A stretch of 64,000 nt of DNA from Paragordius varius. Lineage: Eukaryota > Animalia > Nematomorpha. Below the pieces are notes generated by a model. The model saw only the letters and a program-made list of their open reading frames with translations, ran no database searches and had not been told where the DNA came from. Both the position numbers and the translations under genes were made by a program. The stretch is from NCBI GenBank assembly GCA_964247055.1, contig OZ176053.1, positions 4,836,001-4,900,000 of the forward strand, given 5' to 3'. Each line of letters starts with the position of its first letter. Position 1 is the first letter of the stretch. Shown piece after piece: positions 25,185 to 43,112 of the stretch.

Positions 25185-26560
25185 AGGCCCCAAAATGACG
25201 GCTAACGGGAAAAACTGCTATCTTTATGCATATTATTTAAAGCCTTTATTGAGCTCGGGTCTCTTAAATTTTTTGAAAATTAGCTCCAAAACCACACCAT
25301 TTTTTGTATGGAGTCTCAGTTTTAAACCGGTAAACCCCTATCCATAGACATATATAGAAAAAACGCTGAGTTGAATTCCTTGCCAGAAGTAATATTTGGA
25401 ATCATCTTTGATACCATCGTCTCATGGGTTATTCGAAAAAATAACTCAACACTAAATAATCATTATATGATGGTGTATTTTTAAGGCATAAAGGCCCCAA
25501 ATTAACGGCTAATAAAAAAACGCCTGACCTTAATTTTTAGCTAGTTATGAATAATATTTTAGGCTTTTATGGCTTCATAAACTTTCTGTAAATTAGCTCC
25601 AAAACAACGCAATTTCTATATAGTGGCGCAGTTTTTGGCGGGTGGTTCCTTACCCAGGGGCAGGTATAAAAAAGCGTTGGCAAAATTTTTGCCTTTATAT
25701 GGGGAATATCTGGAATTATCATGAATTTCATATTATACACTGTTGGAACGCTTAACTTAAAAATTGTTCTATGGCGGCGCATTTTTCAGGGCCAAAAGCT
25801 TTACCTAGCGACTCATTGAAATAACCCCCTATACTAAAATTTGTTTTTTAAGCGTAAATATTTTAGGCCCTTATTAAACTCACATAGTCTTATAGGTTTT
25901 CTAAAATTTGGCTCCAAAGGCATGCTGTATCGATATGGTGACGCAGTTTTAATGATTGATTCCATATGCTCTGGTGGGATTTCCGAAAAATTACCTCAAG
26001 ACCAAAAAGTCAATCTATGGTAGCGCATTTTTCAGGGCAAGGGCCTAATTAAGGGGTAATAGAATAAAACCTCTCTGCTTAAATTTTTGCCTTTTTACGG
26101 GTATTACTTCTCCTTATTGAGTTTTCTAAAATTTGCCTCGAAAGTCACGCTGTATCGATATGGTGGCGCAGTTGTAGGCGGCGCACTAACCAGAGGCCCA
26201 TATAAAAAAGATGTTAGATAAAAAAATTACCTTTATAGGGGAAGGAATCATGATTCATTCCACATACTCTTAATAGTTTCTGGAAGAATGGCTTCAAACT
26301 AAAAATAGTTCGATAGCGCATTTTTTAGAGAGTAAAAGGCCTTATTAACGGCTAATTTAAAAAACGATCGACTTAAATTTTTGCCTTTTTACGGGTACTA
26401 TTTCAGGCCCTTATTAAACTTATATGGCCTGATAAGTTGAGGCATGCATTTCGATATGACGGGGCAGTTTTTAACGGGTTGTTTACCCAGCAGCCAATAT
26501 AAAAAAACGCACGACTATTTTTCCCTTTTAACAGAGAATACCTGGAATTCTCATTGAATT
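25185..26560. repeat. About 4-5 diverged tandem units of ~250-305 bp inside the Helitron-like element
   Basis: Recurring motif aaggcc...ttaacggctaa...aaatttttgcc at about 25185, 25491, 25788, 26036 and 26337. Confidence 0.6.
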
Positions 26561-26745
26561 TTTACTGTCTTATACCTTGAGCGAAAAGTATATTCAAAAA
26601 ATTATTTTGTGGACTTGGTTTTTTTTAAAAAAATGTCATTTTAGGGGGGGGGGGGTAGCGGGTAAAAAGAAAGCCTAAATTAAAAAAGCGAGCCTATCTT
26701 CTGCGCAATCAAAAAAAACTAAAATAAACCATATTTAAAATCGAA

Positions 26746-29700
26746 AGCTGTCGGGGTAATTGATTCGGTTTCGTCACTTGGGTTGATCGTGCTGTTTGGT
26801 TGATGTTCGGCAATCGTTACATCCTCCTCACTTGTGTTGCTGGAAGTGGTAGTTTATGGTTGTGGCTGGTGTACTATTTGGTCGGCGTGTTTCCTCACGA
26901 CTTTGTTCCATATCTTGTATGAAAATAACCCTGTACGGTCCGTAATCTCTCCGGCGCGCACCCTGGACTTATATCTTTTTTAATCATTACTGGGTCATTA
27001 ATGGCAAACTGACGTCGGACTGCCGGTGCATCTAACAATCTTGCCCTACTATTGAACAAGGTTAAGGGGGTATGGGGTGTACGCTTGAACATTAATTGGG
27101 CCGGGGTCTCTTTAGTTGTCCAGTGTATAGAGTTTCTATAATAGGCTAGCGTTAAACGCTTCGTGGGTGGATATCACATTATTTTTTATTCTTTTGTATT
27201 TATTTTTTATTGTACCTACTAATCTTTCTACCATCCCATTACTCTTAGGATGGTAGGGAGTAGCCTTAATAGCACCCCTAACCTACTTAAAGTTGATGTG
27301 GAATACTCATTGCTAAAAAACGAAGCGTTATCGGTAACGACCTCTCTTGTAAAGCCAAACCTTCCAAACGTTTCTTATACTTTATGGATTATATTCGCTG
27401 CGTTTACCTTTTTCAAAATAAACCCTTGTGCCCATTTCGAGGCACTATCAATTATCAACAACCAATAACCGTCTACCAGTCCGGCTATATCAATATGCAA
27501 ACGCTCACACACAGCAACATTATCGATACGTGGAATTCTGAGTAACATTCGGCCTACTACGTTGGCACGATTCGCACTGACTACTGGCTTTTACCTGGTC
27601 ATTTTCTAATTCTGGCCAATAACACGTAAATCTGGCCATTGCTTTCATGGTCTCTACGTTATAACCGCTGTGTAGGTATCTCACCACCTCTTTTTGGAGG
27701 GGCTTTGGAATTATAATCCGATCATTTAAACTTAATAAGCCGTATTGATATGTCAACTCGTCTTTACGGTTTACAAACTTTTTTAATTCTGGAGAACTCC
27801 AGTCATTGTTGTTTAACACTTTAATTACTTTTTGTAATACTGGATCTAATGCGGTTTCTTTTCGAATTTTATCTCTGCTTAACCGCACCTTATGACAATT
27901 CAAAAATCTCAGATATCTAACCGATCTTCATCATAGGTATCTCGTCAATCGGCCATCTCGATAAACAATCAGCTCTATTTTGAGACCCCTTTTGATGACT
28001 TATTTCAAAGTCGTATTCATTTATCATATTAAATCATCTTAGTACTTTAGCATTATGTATTTCTTTTAAATTTCGATCTCTATTTATTAACTTAACTAAG
28101 GATAAATGGTCAGTTAATACTATAAAGTTTCTACCATATACGAAACTATGAAACTTTTCCTAACGCAAACAATATTGCTTTTAATTCCTTCTCGATAGTG
28201 GAATGAATCCTTTAGGCGTTGCTACACTTTTGTAAGGCATACGCTATCAATATTCTTTCACTATTAACCTCATTACTTAAAATACACCCGAATCATAAAT
28301 CTGACCCATCAGTTTCTATTATCAATTCTCTATTCTTTTTCGCTTAACGAATTCTTAGCTGCTAACCAGCTTTTCTCATGCTCGATTCAAGACCATCTTA
28401 TTTTTACTAATTAATTCATGTAAGGGACCGACTATCATTTGTAATTTTGGTATAAAGCATTCACGAAACGTCAAAAAACCTAATAAACTACGTAATGGCT
28501 TTTTTTCTACCGGCCTTTTTAATTCCTTAATTTTGCTTTTACATGGGCTTATACCCTTTTTCGATATTTCAAACCTTAAATAATTTACTGATTCTGCACC
28601 TATGATTATTTTATCTTGCTTAATTTAAATCCGGCCTTATCGAGACGACTTAATACGTTATTTAAATTGTTAATATGCTCATTTCCGTCCTACCAGTCAC
28701 TAGGACGCCATCTAAATATACGCAAGTTCCCGGGCTTTCAGCCAGCACCTGTTCCATCACTCATTGGAAGATGATGGGTGCCGTGACCAGTCCAAACGGC
28801 ATGCGTTTGTATCTAAAAAAACCTTTATGTGTTGATATTGTTAACAATTCTTGACACTCCTCTGCCACTGGCATTTGGAGGTAAGCATCTTTTAAATCAA
28901 TTTTTGTGAATGTGAGACCTTCGCCTATTTTCGACACCAACTCATCAAACTTGGGGATTATATGAGAATTTTCTTGCAACCACTTATTAATCGTTACCCG
29001 AAAATCACTGCATATTCTTAATTCGCCATTCGGTTTAAATACATTAACCGTAGGCGTGGCCCATGTCACAGGTGTAATGTTAGGATCAACCGGTTCTAAG
29101 ATGCCTAACTTTTCTAGCCTCGTAAGCTCTTTCTCTACCTTTTCTTTTGATGGAAAAGGCACCCTGCGACATGGCCATACTTTTGGGATCGTATTCGCTG
29201 AGGGTCTTTATAATACCCTAACTTATTTTCGAATAACTTTTTAAACTTTTCGCAAATCTCATTTAATTTAAAATGATTAATTTTAATCTGTGGCATCTCA
29301 ATCTGGAATTTAGCCATCCAGTCCACAGATCAGTGGTGCCATCCCCATCGTTTTGCTCAGGACTTGGTCAGTGACTATTTATTTTTTGGCCATGGTCATT
29401 AAAAAAACGGCTGTTTTTTGAAAAAATGCTAGTAAATTTTTTTTGGAAGAGAGATAGTAAGATTTTATTGTTTTTTAATATATTTATTAAAAAATAAAAA
29501 TTAAATATTTAAATATGCTCATTTAACAATATATAAAAATTTTTAATCATGACTCCTTATAACATATGCATTTAAGCACATCCAGTTATTTCGAAAAACA
29601 AAATAATCAAGCACTTTGCAAAATACGCAATTATTTCTTATATGTGAATCAATAAAATAAAAACATCCTATAATTGGATATTTGAATGATGAAAGAAAGT

Positions 29701-30852
29701 GTAAAACAAACTAGGTAAAATTTTATTGAAATATCTATTAAAAACAATGTTTTGATGAATCAGAAGGCCACAAACATGTGGCATAATTTATTTTAAAATA
29801 ATTTCCTGATTAAATTCGATTGAAATAAGTATCAAAAAATGTATAATACAAACTTTTAAGAAAAAAACATGACATTATTAGTGAAACGCAAGTGTAATTC
29901 GAACATTATTTTGACAATCCAATATCGACTTACTTAAGTAAAAAGTGGTCATGACCATGGTCTGACTGGGTCTGACCGAACCTTTTTGAAAAAGCAGTCT
30001 AATGCACAACCCTACTCAGGACACATATGTTCCCGATCATTTGTTTGCCTTTTACCTGGACGTTGACGCTTGGTCCCCATCATTGGCACTGTCGTGTTAT
30101 TGTATGATTTCACTGGTGGTGTCGGTCTTAGTCGGGGTTTACCAATTTATTCCCACGTTGTAAAGTTTATTACACTGATATAACCGGTATCATAGATAAA
30201 GTCTTTTTTTCAAACCGTTTATGATTAAAGTTATCAGTAAGGGTGTTTGAATATTTCGACCTATCCTGACAACCTTCATTAGTTGCCTATTGAAGTTAGG
30301 TCTTCATGGCTACGCACATCCTAGCAAAATGGTTCAGCTTTCCGCATTTGTTGCAGGATCGTCTCCAGGCTGGAAACTTGTTGGGTGGATGTGTGGTGCC
30401 GCAATGTTTAAATGTACTAGGTGATTTTATTGTTTGTCGGTAGGTTTTATTAGGTTGTAACCGATTGATATTATTATTGCTGTTACTATATCGTCGATTT
30501 CTATTACAATCGTATTTTTTATGGATAAATTGGCAATGCTAGCGTGAGGAGCTGTTATATTCATTGGATCGTCTGCCATTGCGTCTTGGCTCAATAATAA
30601 ATGGTTTGAAAAAAGACTTTATCTATGATACCGGTTATGATATCAGTGTAATAAACTTTGCAACGTGGGAACAAATTGGTAAACCCAAACTAAGACCGAT
30701 ACCACCAGTGAAATCATACAATAACACGACAGTGCCAATGATGGGGACAGCAAGCGTCAACGTCCAGGTAAAAGGCAAACAAATGGTCGGGGACATTTGT
30801 GTCCTGAGCAAAACGATGAGGATGGCACCACTGATCTGTGGACTGAACTGGA
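26746..30852 (-). mobile_element. Degenerate Ty3/Gypsy LTR retrotransposon: gag zinc knuckle, protease, RT, RNase H, integrase, PPT and a 3' LTR stub; inverted protease duplicate at ~30590-30852 on +
   Basis: CNKCGKLNHFARMC (gag), IYDTG (PR), WATPTVNVFKPNGELRICSDFR and FTKIDLKDAYLQ...YKRMPFG (RT), YLHSGY...MARFTCYWP...CESC (integrase zinc finger). PPT gtgaggagga is followed by TGTAACG at 26821. Confidence 0.9.
29364..30014. mobile_element. hAT-like non-autonomous insertion splitting the Gypsy protease
   Basis: 8-bp TSD CTCAGGAC (29356-29363, 30015-30022); right end CAACCCTA; a related copy starts TAGGGTTG at 43113. Confidence 0.75.
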
Positions 30853-31871
30853 TTGTTTTTCGGAAAATTCTCTCAAAGACAAGATTTTTGTGGATTTTTC
30901 AAAAAACCGTTTTTTACGCGGGGTGGGCCTAAACTGGAGGCCTAATTTAAAAAAATGCGAACATATTGTCGGGGCATTCCTTTAATTATTATTTTTCGAC
31001 ATTAGGATTTGAATGGGTCTACCGTTTTCCGGAAACACATCACAAAGCCAGTTTCCATTTTTATAAATATAAAGATTACATAGCCATAAGTAATTTGATC
31101 ATAAATTGTTACATATTTTTTTATTTTTAGCATAACCCTTAAACAAGTTTAACCAAGTGTATTAAATATGTAACATAAAAAATGAATATTACATGTTCTT
31201 AAAATACTTTATGGTGAATGTCGCTTTTTCCCGTTCTCACATCTGATTGAGTCTACAAAATTATTTTTAAAAACGCTTCGCTTTACTTAAACATTATCAA
31301 AATATAAACCATAAAAAAATTCAACACATTTACCGTAAAATTGCTTAACCAATAATTTATATTAATATACCATTTACAGCTTAAATGGTCCCTTGAACAA
31401 TTTAAATTCACTCTCGAACAAGTTAAATTCACCCTAAAATAAATTATGTGTTTTCGAATATTAAAAATTACCTATTTTATATTTTTAAAAAATTAAATAT
31501 ACCGAAAAAATAATCTATGCCATAAAGAAATAATTCATATTAATGATGATTTATATTAGTCCGAAAACACATAATTTATTTTTAGGATGAATTCGAATTG
31601 TTCTAAGGTGTTTTTATTATTCATGGTAAATTTGAGGTTTAAATGATATTATAGCTAAAATTGAACATTTTTATTTAGTAATTAAAAAAAAGTTGTCCTT
31701 ATAATTTTATTTGTCACATTCAATGGGTGAGTATTTTTAATTTACAATAAATTACAAACTTTTCAAGCATAAAATGTATTATAATTAAAAACAGGCCGCT
31801 CCAGTGTAACGATTGGAAGATGTAAGCTTTAGGTAAGCTGCATTGAAATAGCAATTCATTTGGGTTATATT

Positions 31872-34800
31872 TTAGTCTCTAGGAATTTCTCCAAAATTTG
31901 TGTGTCCGGAACTTTTGGCGTGTTCCTTGGCTTGTTTTTCGCCCGATAAAAAGATGCCACAATCGTAACACTTTAGCCGAAAATCCGAGACAGAGGTGTA
32001 TTTATGCGTTTTCTTAGCATCCTCTGCAATACTCAGGGCTTGACACAATATCGTGTCATTGTTAATGGGGAACTTTGTTAAAAATTGGGTGGGGAAACCT
32101 GGGATTTTAAGTACTAAAGGGTCATAATGGATCCCATCATACAGAAGCAATATTCGATCAGGATAATTTGCTTCCTGTCCAAATTTTTCGAGTCTGCAAC
32201 TACGGATATCAACCACATCAATTTCCACACGAAAATATCGTGAAAAAATAGCAACTTCGATTGCACCACCCCAACTTTGATGCGATGTTATCCATTTGGC
32301 ATATTCGAACGTAGGTCTCCCTAGCATAGCAGGCGTTATAAGTTCTTTGAGGAATTGAAAATCTTCCATGTTATATGGCGTGTTGCGATAATCTTGCGTG
32401 TATTCGGGATTGGAAAACAGTAAGATGGTATCACATATTATATTGCGGTATTTGCTGATACATTCACCCGATAAATCGAATTGACCAGTGAGCAAAAAAT
32501 TAATACTAGTAAAGAGGCAGGAATTGTCAGCGGGAACGACGCGTTTGACCAATATGCCTATATACATAAAATATGATAATTTATACCAAATCAAAAAGGT
32601 AAATTTTTTATTAACGATTATTCGAACTAGAATTTGAAGAAAGTACAAGTATACATGAAACACAGTTTTTTTAATAAAAAATATAAAGGCATTCGCCTTA
32701 ACTAAATTTTAGTATATGCTAAGTATACAGTAACGGGAGTTTTGGCTAATGGGTTTTTGATTTATTTGTTGGTATGTATTCGATTTTTATTTTTTATAAG
32801 TTACATTAAAATTATTGCTAACATTATGTTTCATAGTAAACAGACACCACTAGGATTGTGCTGACCAGGTCAAAAACCTAAGGTCATATATATAAGTTGG
32901 AGGCGGATACTTCTTTCATAACAGGTATATATGATACATTGAAAAGATGCGAAAGCTTGTTTATGGAAAAAATAATGTTTTTGAGAGACAAATGGGTGAA
33001 TCAATACAATATTTTAAAAAAAGTAAAGAATAAGCGATAGATTTTGTTTCTTGGCTCATTTATTAAAATTATGACGATAAAATAATTTAAGCAACGATAC
33101 GACAAAGGCACTTGATGCTCTTAAATGTATATGTCTCAATTATGATTTTCCATATGAAAATATATATTCACAGTTTGTAAAATATATGGCATAACCTGGA
33201 ATTTTCGAAAAGTTAGAATATGATTATTTGGAAGTCGACAAATTTTGAAAGTTTATCGGTACATTTACCAACTATCAAGACTTGTCTTCAATAGTCAAGA
33301 GAACTATTTTTATACCGGCTTTAAGTAGTGCAGCAGAAAATTCAGAAATTTGTACATAATTCCCAAGAAACCGTTTAGATAAAATTCGTCGCACAAATTA
33401 TTTGCCGTTAATTTACGGGATGATGTTGACACAAACTAGCAGTGATTAAGATGAGGAAAATAATTATTGATCGATTTTTGAATTTGTAACGTTAATAATT
33501 TTATTAAATTTATGGGTCAATGACTAGGGCATAAATAAGTATTTGGCTTCAATAAATTCCTATTCGGCAATTTCGTTTCGCTATTATAAAAATTTAAATC
33601 TTGTGTTGTATTCATCATTCTCAATGCAAATCTTATCTTTTGACTGCGATTTAAAACTTTCTATAAGGCCTTATGTATGATGCCAGGAAAGATCGTTAAT
33701 TATAGATTTAATAAATTTTAAAGTATCATAATATTGGTTTTAGTATAACTTTTTAAAATATATTTTTTATTTAAAAACCTTTTTTAAAATAATTACTATG
33801 TATGTGTAGTATTCATTAAGGCTATTAATTTGGTGTGACCCGGTCAAAATTGCAACACTAGGCACCCCCTATTTTTTATCAAAATTTTAAATAATATTAG
33901 CCAATAAACATGACATACCAATAAATATGTAAATAGAATACCTCTCTAGCCATTTATATTGAAATGGTCAAAAGTAGCACTCATATCTGCCTTTAAAAAT
34001 TTTAAATTTTAACCGTATTATATAAAAAACGACATTTTATAAGGATTAATTCTTACTGAAAAATACATTAGCGAGCACTATTATAAACCATATATGTGTA
34101 TTTAATTAGCTAAAAGGGTATTTACATGTGAGTAGCCATGTATGAGATTTTTCGTTTTTACTACTCACATTTTTAAAATTTTGAAAAGGTGTTTAAAAGA
34201 TTACGTAACAAATAAAATGAAAAATCTCATCCATGGCAATAGACATATAAAATAAATGCCCTTTTAGCCATTTAACATACAGATATGTCATTATAAATAT
34301 CAATTATCGATCTATAATAAAAAATTTAAGTAGGGCATAATTAAAAGCTCAAAAACACTAACAAGTTTAACGGTTTTTGTACAATGTTTGCTTAAAATGG
34401 CTTAAAATAATTATATGTAACAAGGGGTTAGCCTATATACTTAAGTTTATTATTTTTTAGGTGAATATGATTGTTTCAAATATATTTGTAATTTCTTACA
34501 TCAATTGTTTAATATATAAAGTTGAGAAGGTCAAACGTGTTATATTATAAATTTAAATAAGCAATCGTAATACCAATATAAAAAATATAAATTATATGTA
34601 TATAAATACCAATATCATATATGTTCGAGTAATCGGTAAATTCGGGCGGTGGTTTGCTTTTGGGTTGTGAATTAATTTCTGAAACCAAAAGTAAATCTCC
34701 AGATGCAAAATTTAAATCTGACAAGAGTTGTAAATCATTCTGTATGTTTATTGCCATAGGAGGATATCCTTTCTTGAGAGATATATTATTTGCATTGATT

Positions 34801-34907
34801 CCAGAAATGTTCGATATGCAATGTTTTAAATCAGCAACATTATTAGAATGATACATAGTTGGGAGTGAGAAAACTCCTTTATCCGTCCGGATTCTTAAAG
34901 AAATCAT
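31872..34907 (-). CDS. YOD1: Ubiquitin thioesterase OTU1/YOD1; two exons (34610-34907, 31872-32557), 327 aa
   Basis: N-terminal UBX-like LRIRTDKG...ISLKKGYPP; OTU VPADNSCLF, WGGAIE, LLYDGIHYD; C-terminal C2H2 CYDCG...HAKSSGHTNFGE. The phase-1 intron joins the exons in frame. Confidence 0.95.
32830..33800 (+). mobile_element. Highly decayed hAT-like remnant in the YOD1 intron; related pieces at ~41780-41990 and ~51840-52100
   Basis: Shared sequences (agaaaccgtttag; actagcagt..ttaagatgagga; ctataaggccttatgtatgat) and a residual dimerization-domain-like translation (LSSAAE...RNRL). Confidence 0.45.
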
Positions 34908-35053
34908 TTTTGCTATAAACGCATTTTTATCACGCCCACATATGAATTGTATTCATTTTTTAAATCACATGAATCAATTTAATTTTTAACGTCCACACTA
35001 TTCAAATTTAAATGTCCCGTCCTTCAAAAAATTCAACATGTATATTAAGCAAA
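34908..35053. promoter_or_regulatory. Very compact bidirectional promoter between YOD1 and PFKFB
   Basis: Divergent ATGs at 34907 (-) and 35054 (+), with only 146 bp between them. Confidence 0.55.
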
Positions 35054-39835
<4,782 letters not shown>

Positions 39836-40728
39836 TAAATACCCCATTTAAATTTGGGACCAAGTTAATGGGCACAGTGCTAATAATCTATGCAATTTTT
39901 TATATGATTCGCACAAATTCACACCGATCCAAACAAAATTATATTTTTTTATATAAAAATCACACATCATTCAAAATAAATTATTTTTAATTAAGCATAT
40001 ATCTATATTGGGGTTTTCTTGCATAATTGAAATCATAGAAAGTGTGGTAAAATTATACTTTTGACAATGCTATAAAGAAAATATTTTGTAAATAATTTTT
40101 ATAACTGAGATGATTATCACGGCCAAAGTATTAAAAACGTTTAATTTATGTGATTAATGGTAGAATACTAATAGATTTGAATGAAATGGTTCTCAGTACA
40201 AAATTAATAAATGTCTGAAGGGCCAAAATAGACATGCGAATATATTATAAGGAAATGATATTGTAATCGTTTTTGGAATTAATATTAATCAATTAGATAG
40301 GTAATATATCAAGAATGTAATTTTATTAAACATAAATCTATAAATATGCGGCTAATATAATCAGTGGTGGTTTTTATGGCCATTTGGTATGATGTAAATG
40401 TTTACGGTGCTATATACATTATAGAAAATATAATTGCCTAATATAATAATTCTAAAAGGGGGAGAAGAAGATCGTATATATAAATTAAACGAGTCTCTGG
40501 ATATTACTAAATTTTGTGATTGTTTAAGATTAAAATAACACATCTGTTGCGTTCAGGTACCGTTATGAATCGAAGTTGAGGTATTCGTAATGCAAATTTT
40601 AAGGGAGGTCTGGAGATGGATTATAAAACTATAATTATAGAGCAAGAGCGTTCATAGAGACACTCTAACCCTAGGATGCGAATAGATAATAAAATGATTA
40701 ACGGGGGAAAGAGAAGAAGGCATTAAAC

Positions 40729-41034
40729 CAGGGGTGTTCAACACGAGGCCCGCGGGCTGCATGCGACCCTTCAAAATAGTTTTGCAGCCCGTGAGATTTC
40801 AAATACAAATTTTTAGAAGATCTAAGTATAAAATTGATTTTTAAACAAATTTTCTGAATAAATCCTTCTGAATTTTGACAAACTAGCCAAAAATGTTTCA
40901 ATAATTGTAATTTTTACATCTTATGTTTGGAATCTAATAAAATATTTGTTAATTCCCATATATTTTGCGAATGCGATCGGTCGTATTTTTCGATCGAAAA
41001 ATGCCCTCAAAGCCATTAGTGTTGGACACCCCTC
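40729..41034. mobile_element. hAT-type MITE
   Basis: CAGGGGTGTTCAAC ... GTTGGACACCCCTC; near-identical 8-bp TSD cattaaac / ctttaaac. Confidence 0.75.
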
Positions 41035-41969
41035 CTTTAAACCATCACAAATGGTTTGGTGGACTGCATTCGAAACATATATGGTTCATATATTTATCAG
41101 ATTTCAAACATAAGAACAGTGTAAATATAATATATTTTTCTAGTTATTGACAATTAAGTAAACTTATTTAGGAGATTTGTTAAACAATTAATTTTACTAC
41201 GGTTTCGTGAGCATATTATTGCAAATTATGGATTTCCAAATTTTTTACGCTTCGCACACAAACTCTCAAAGGGCCGCATGTTGGCCCCTGCTTTAAACAT
41301 AAGTAAGGATATATAGGGCGCAGAGCCGAGTATTGGAACGTCCAAAAATATGGTCATATTTTGCTTTATAAATAAGATATATTTAATAATAGAATGCTAC
41401 TTCACTGTTAATGGGAAGGTAAACAGCGGACCGGAACTTCAGGCTTGAACGTTTGAAGAAATATTTGAAAATAAACTTCGATTTAGAGTAACATGGTGAT
41501 ATGACAAGAAAATTAATCCATATAAATAATTGGTGGAAGGAATATTTGAGGGTTAAGGGTTCTTTTCATATATTTCGCAAAGGTTTAATACTAATATCTT
41601 GACGAATGGAATGATGGTGGTACAGATTTTAAATTGGAAAGACTTGTAGCAGTTTAAAGACTATGAGGCTAATTTCGCAGTATTCTTTTGTAAAGGGTTG
41701 TAGCCTAAAAGCCTATGATTAGGTTGTGGTGACAGGTAGAAGACTAATTTTAACGTTAATTGGAAGTTTATCGGTTACCGATAATCAAGACTTATCTTTA
41801 ACCAGGAGAATTATTTTCATACCTCTTCAAGTCGGAAAGAATTATTGTATGCAGAAGAATATGCACGTAATATCCACAGAAACCGTTTAGCTGAAAATCG
41901 TTTAAACAAATTAATGGCCTAAAAATAACTCACGGGATGATATAGACATAACTTCAAGGAAATGATAAT

Positions 41970-43112
41970 TTCACCGTGTTAGGTATGTAAAATAATATTT
42001 GATATTAAATAACCGTACAAACAGAATTATGTCTACACTCTTAAAAGTAACTAAGGTCTATGTCGAGTCAAATGTAGACTTCATTTTAGGATTTTATCTT
42101 TGGTTCAATAGGGGTCATCATTTGCTTCTAAATGAGTATGGCCTTTAGGGTAGACCAATTTTAGAGATATTGAACATCAGTGTTGACATTACTCTTTCGT
42201 GCGACTGTGTTTCAGCTATACCACCAAGGATTATTACCCGCGTTAAATAACCGACGATTCTTCCTTTGAACCAGCTCTCAACTTCGGAAGGAAATGCCAA
42301 AGATTGGTAACCAGCCCTGCATCAGAGATTCCGACATTGCTTTCCGGGACGTCATTGTCCTACATGATTGACAGGTAATCCCGTCGGATTCGAGTCTTGC
42401 TGTTTGCAACGGTAAATAAAGCTCGTGTCATACACATAGAGATCAATCCACAACATTAAAAATAACTCATTTCCAAAGAGTTTATAAAAATTAAAGTTTA
42501 TACACATTACTAGGCTGCACGAGGAAGTCCTTCGGACTTGGGGCCTATTTGAAATAAGGGACAATAAAATGATCCACATATGTAGATTATTTCGAAACAT
42601 TATTTAAATATAGGAATTTTAAAACGGTGCATTCATACTAATATATTGTTTACTTGGGGGAAAAATAGATTTAAAAATAATTTTTGTGGATTTTGTTTTT
42701 TGGGGAGCGGGTAAAAAGAGGGCCTAAACTAAAAAAGTGAGTCGATTATGTTCGGCGCGATCAAAAATAAGTATACAGAAATCATATTTAAAATTAAATG
42801 GTCCAACACGTTCTCCGGAAAATTGTCTCAAAGACACGATTTTTGTGGACTTTTTTTCAAAAAAACCGTTTTTCACACGGGGTGGGCCCGAACTGGGGGC
42901 CTATTTCAAAAAAAGAGAGAAGCTATTGTCGGGGCATTCATTAATGATTATATTTTTTCGATGTTTGGATTTGAATGGGTCTACAGGTTTTCCGGTACCA
43001 GATCACAAAGACAGCATTTTCCATTTTTATAAATATATAGATTCCAGCAGATAAGGGGTTTCACATTGAAATAAACTATCTGGCTGAAATTTACCATTTT
43101 ATCTGTCAGAGC
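41970..43112. repeat. Unidentified ~650-bp dispersed repeat, copy 1, interrupted by the Helitron at 42510-43041
   Basis: Collinear with 48010-48635 from gttaggtatg...aatatttgatattaaataaccgtac through ccagcagata...atctgt(c/t)agag. Confidence 0.75.
42510..43041 (-). mobile_element. Short non-autonomous Helitron with canonical termini (532 bp)
   Basis: Minus strand: 5' TCTATATATTTATAAAAATGG; 3' hairpin AAGTCC-GAA-GGACTT, then 11 nt, then CTAG. Inserted between A and T with no TSD; the equivalent site in the other copy of the host repeat is empty (~48560). Confidence 0.8.

Larger units (their letters stand above)
22320..31075 (-). mobile_element. Long non-autonomous Helitron-like element, fragmented by nested insertions; 3' end not found
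   Basis: Segments 22320-22412, 25104-26745 and 30861-31075 align collinearly with the short intact Helitron at 42510-43041. The 5' end TCTTTATATTTATAAAAATGG is at 31075 on the minus strand. Confidence 0.6.

Noticed and set aside
42115-42160. PHSF(R/K) in the unknown repeat as a DIRS/Crypton tyrosine-recombinase motif
   Set aside because: Both copies stop three codons later, and the downstream G-x-W and catalytic Tyr motifs are absent.
42375-42400. GGATTCGAGTC resembling a tRNA T-arm or B-box
   Set aside because: No cloverleaf or A-box is present, and the motif is not conserved in the second repeat copy.
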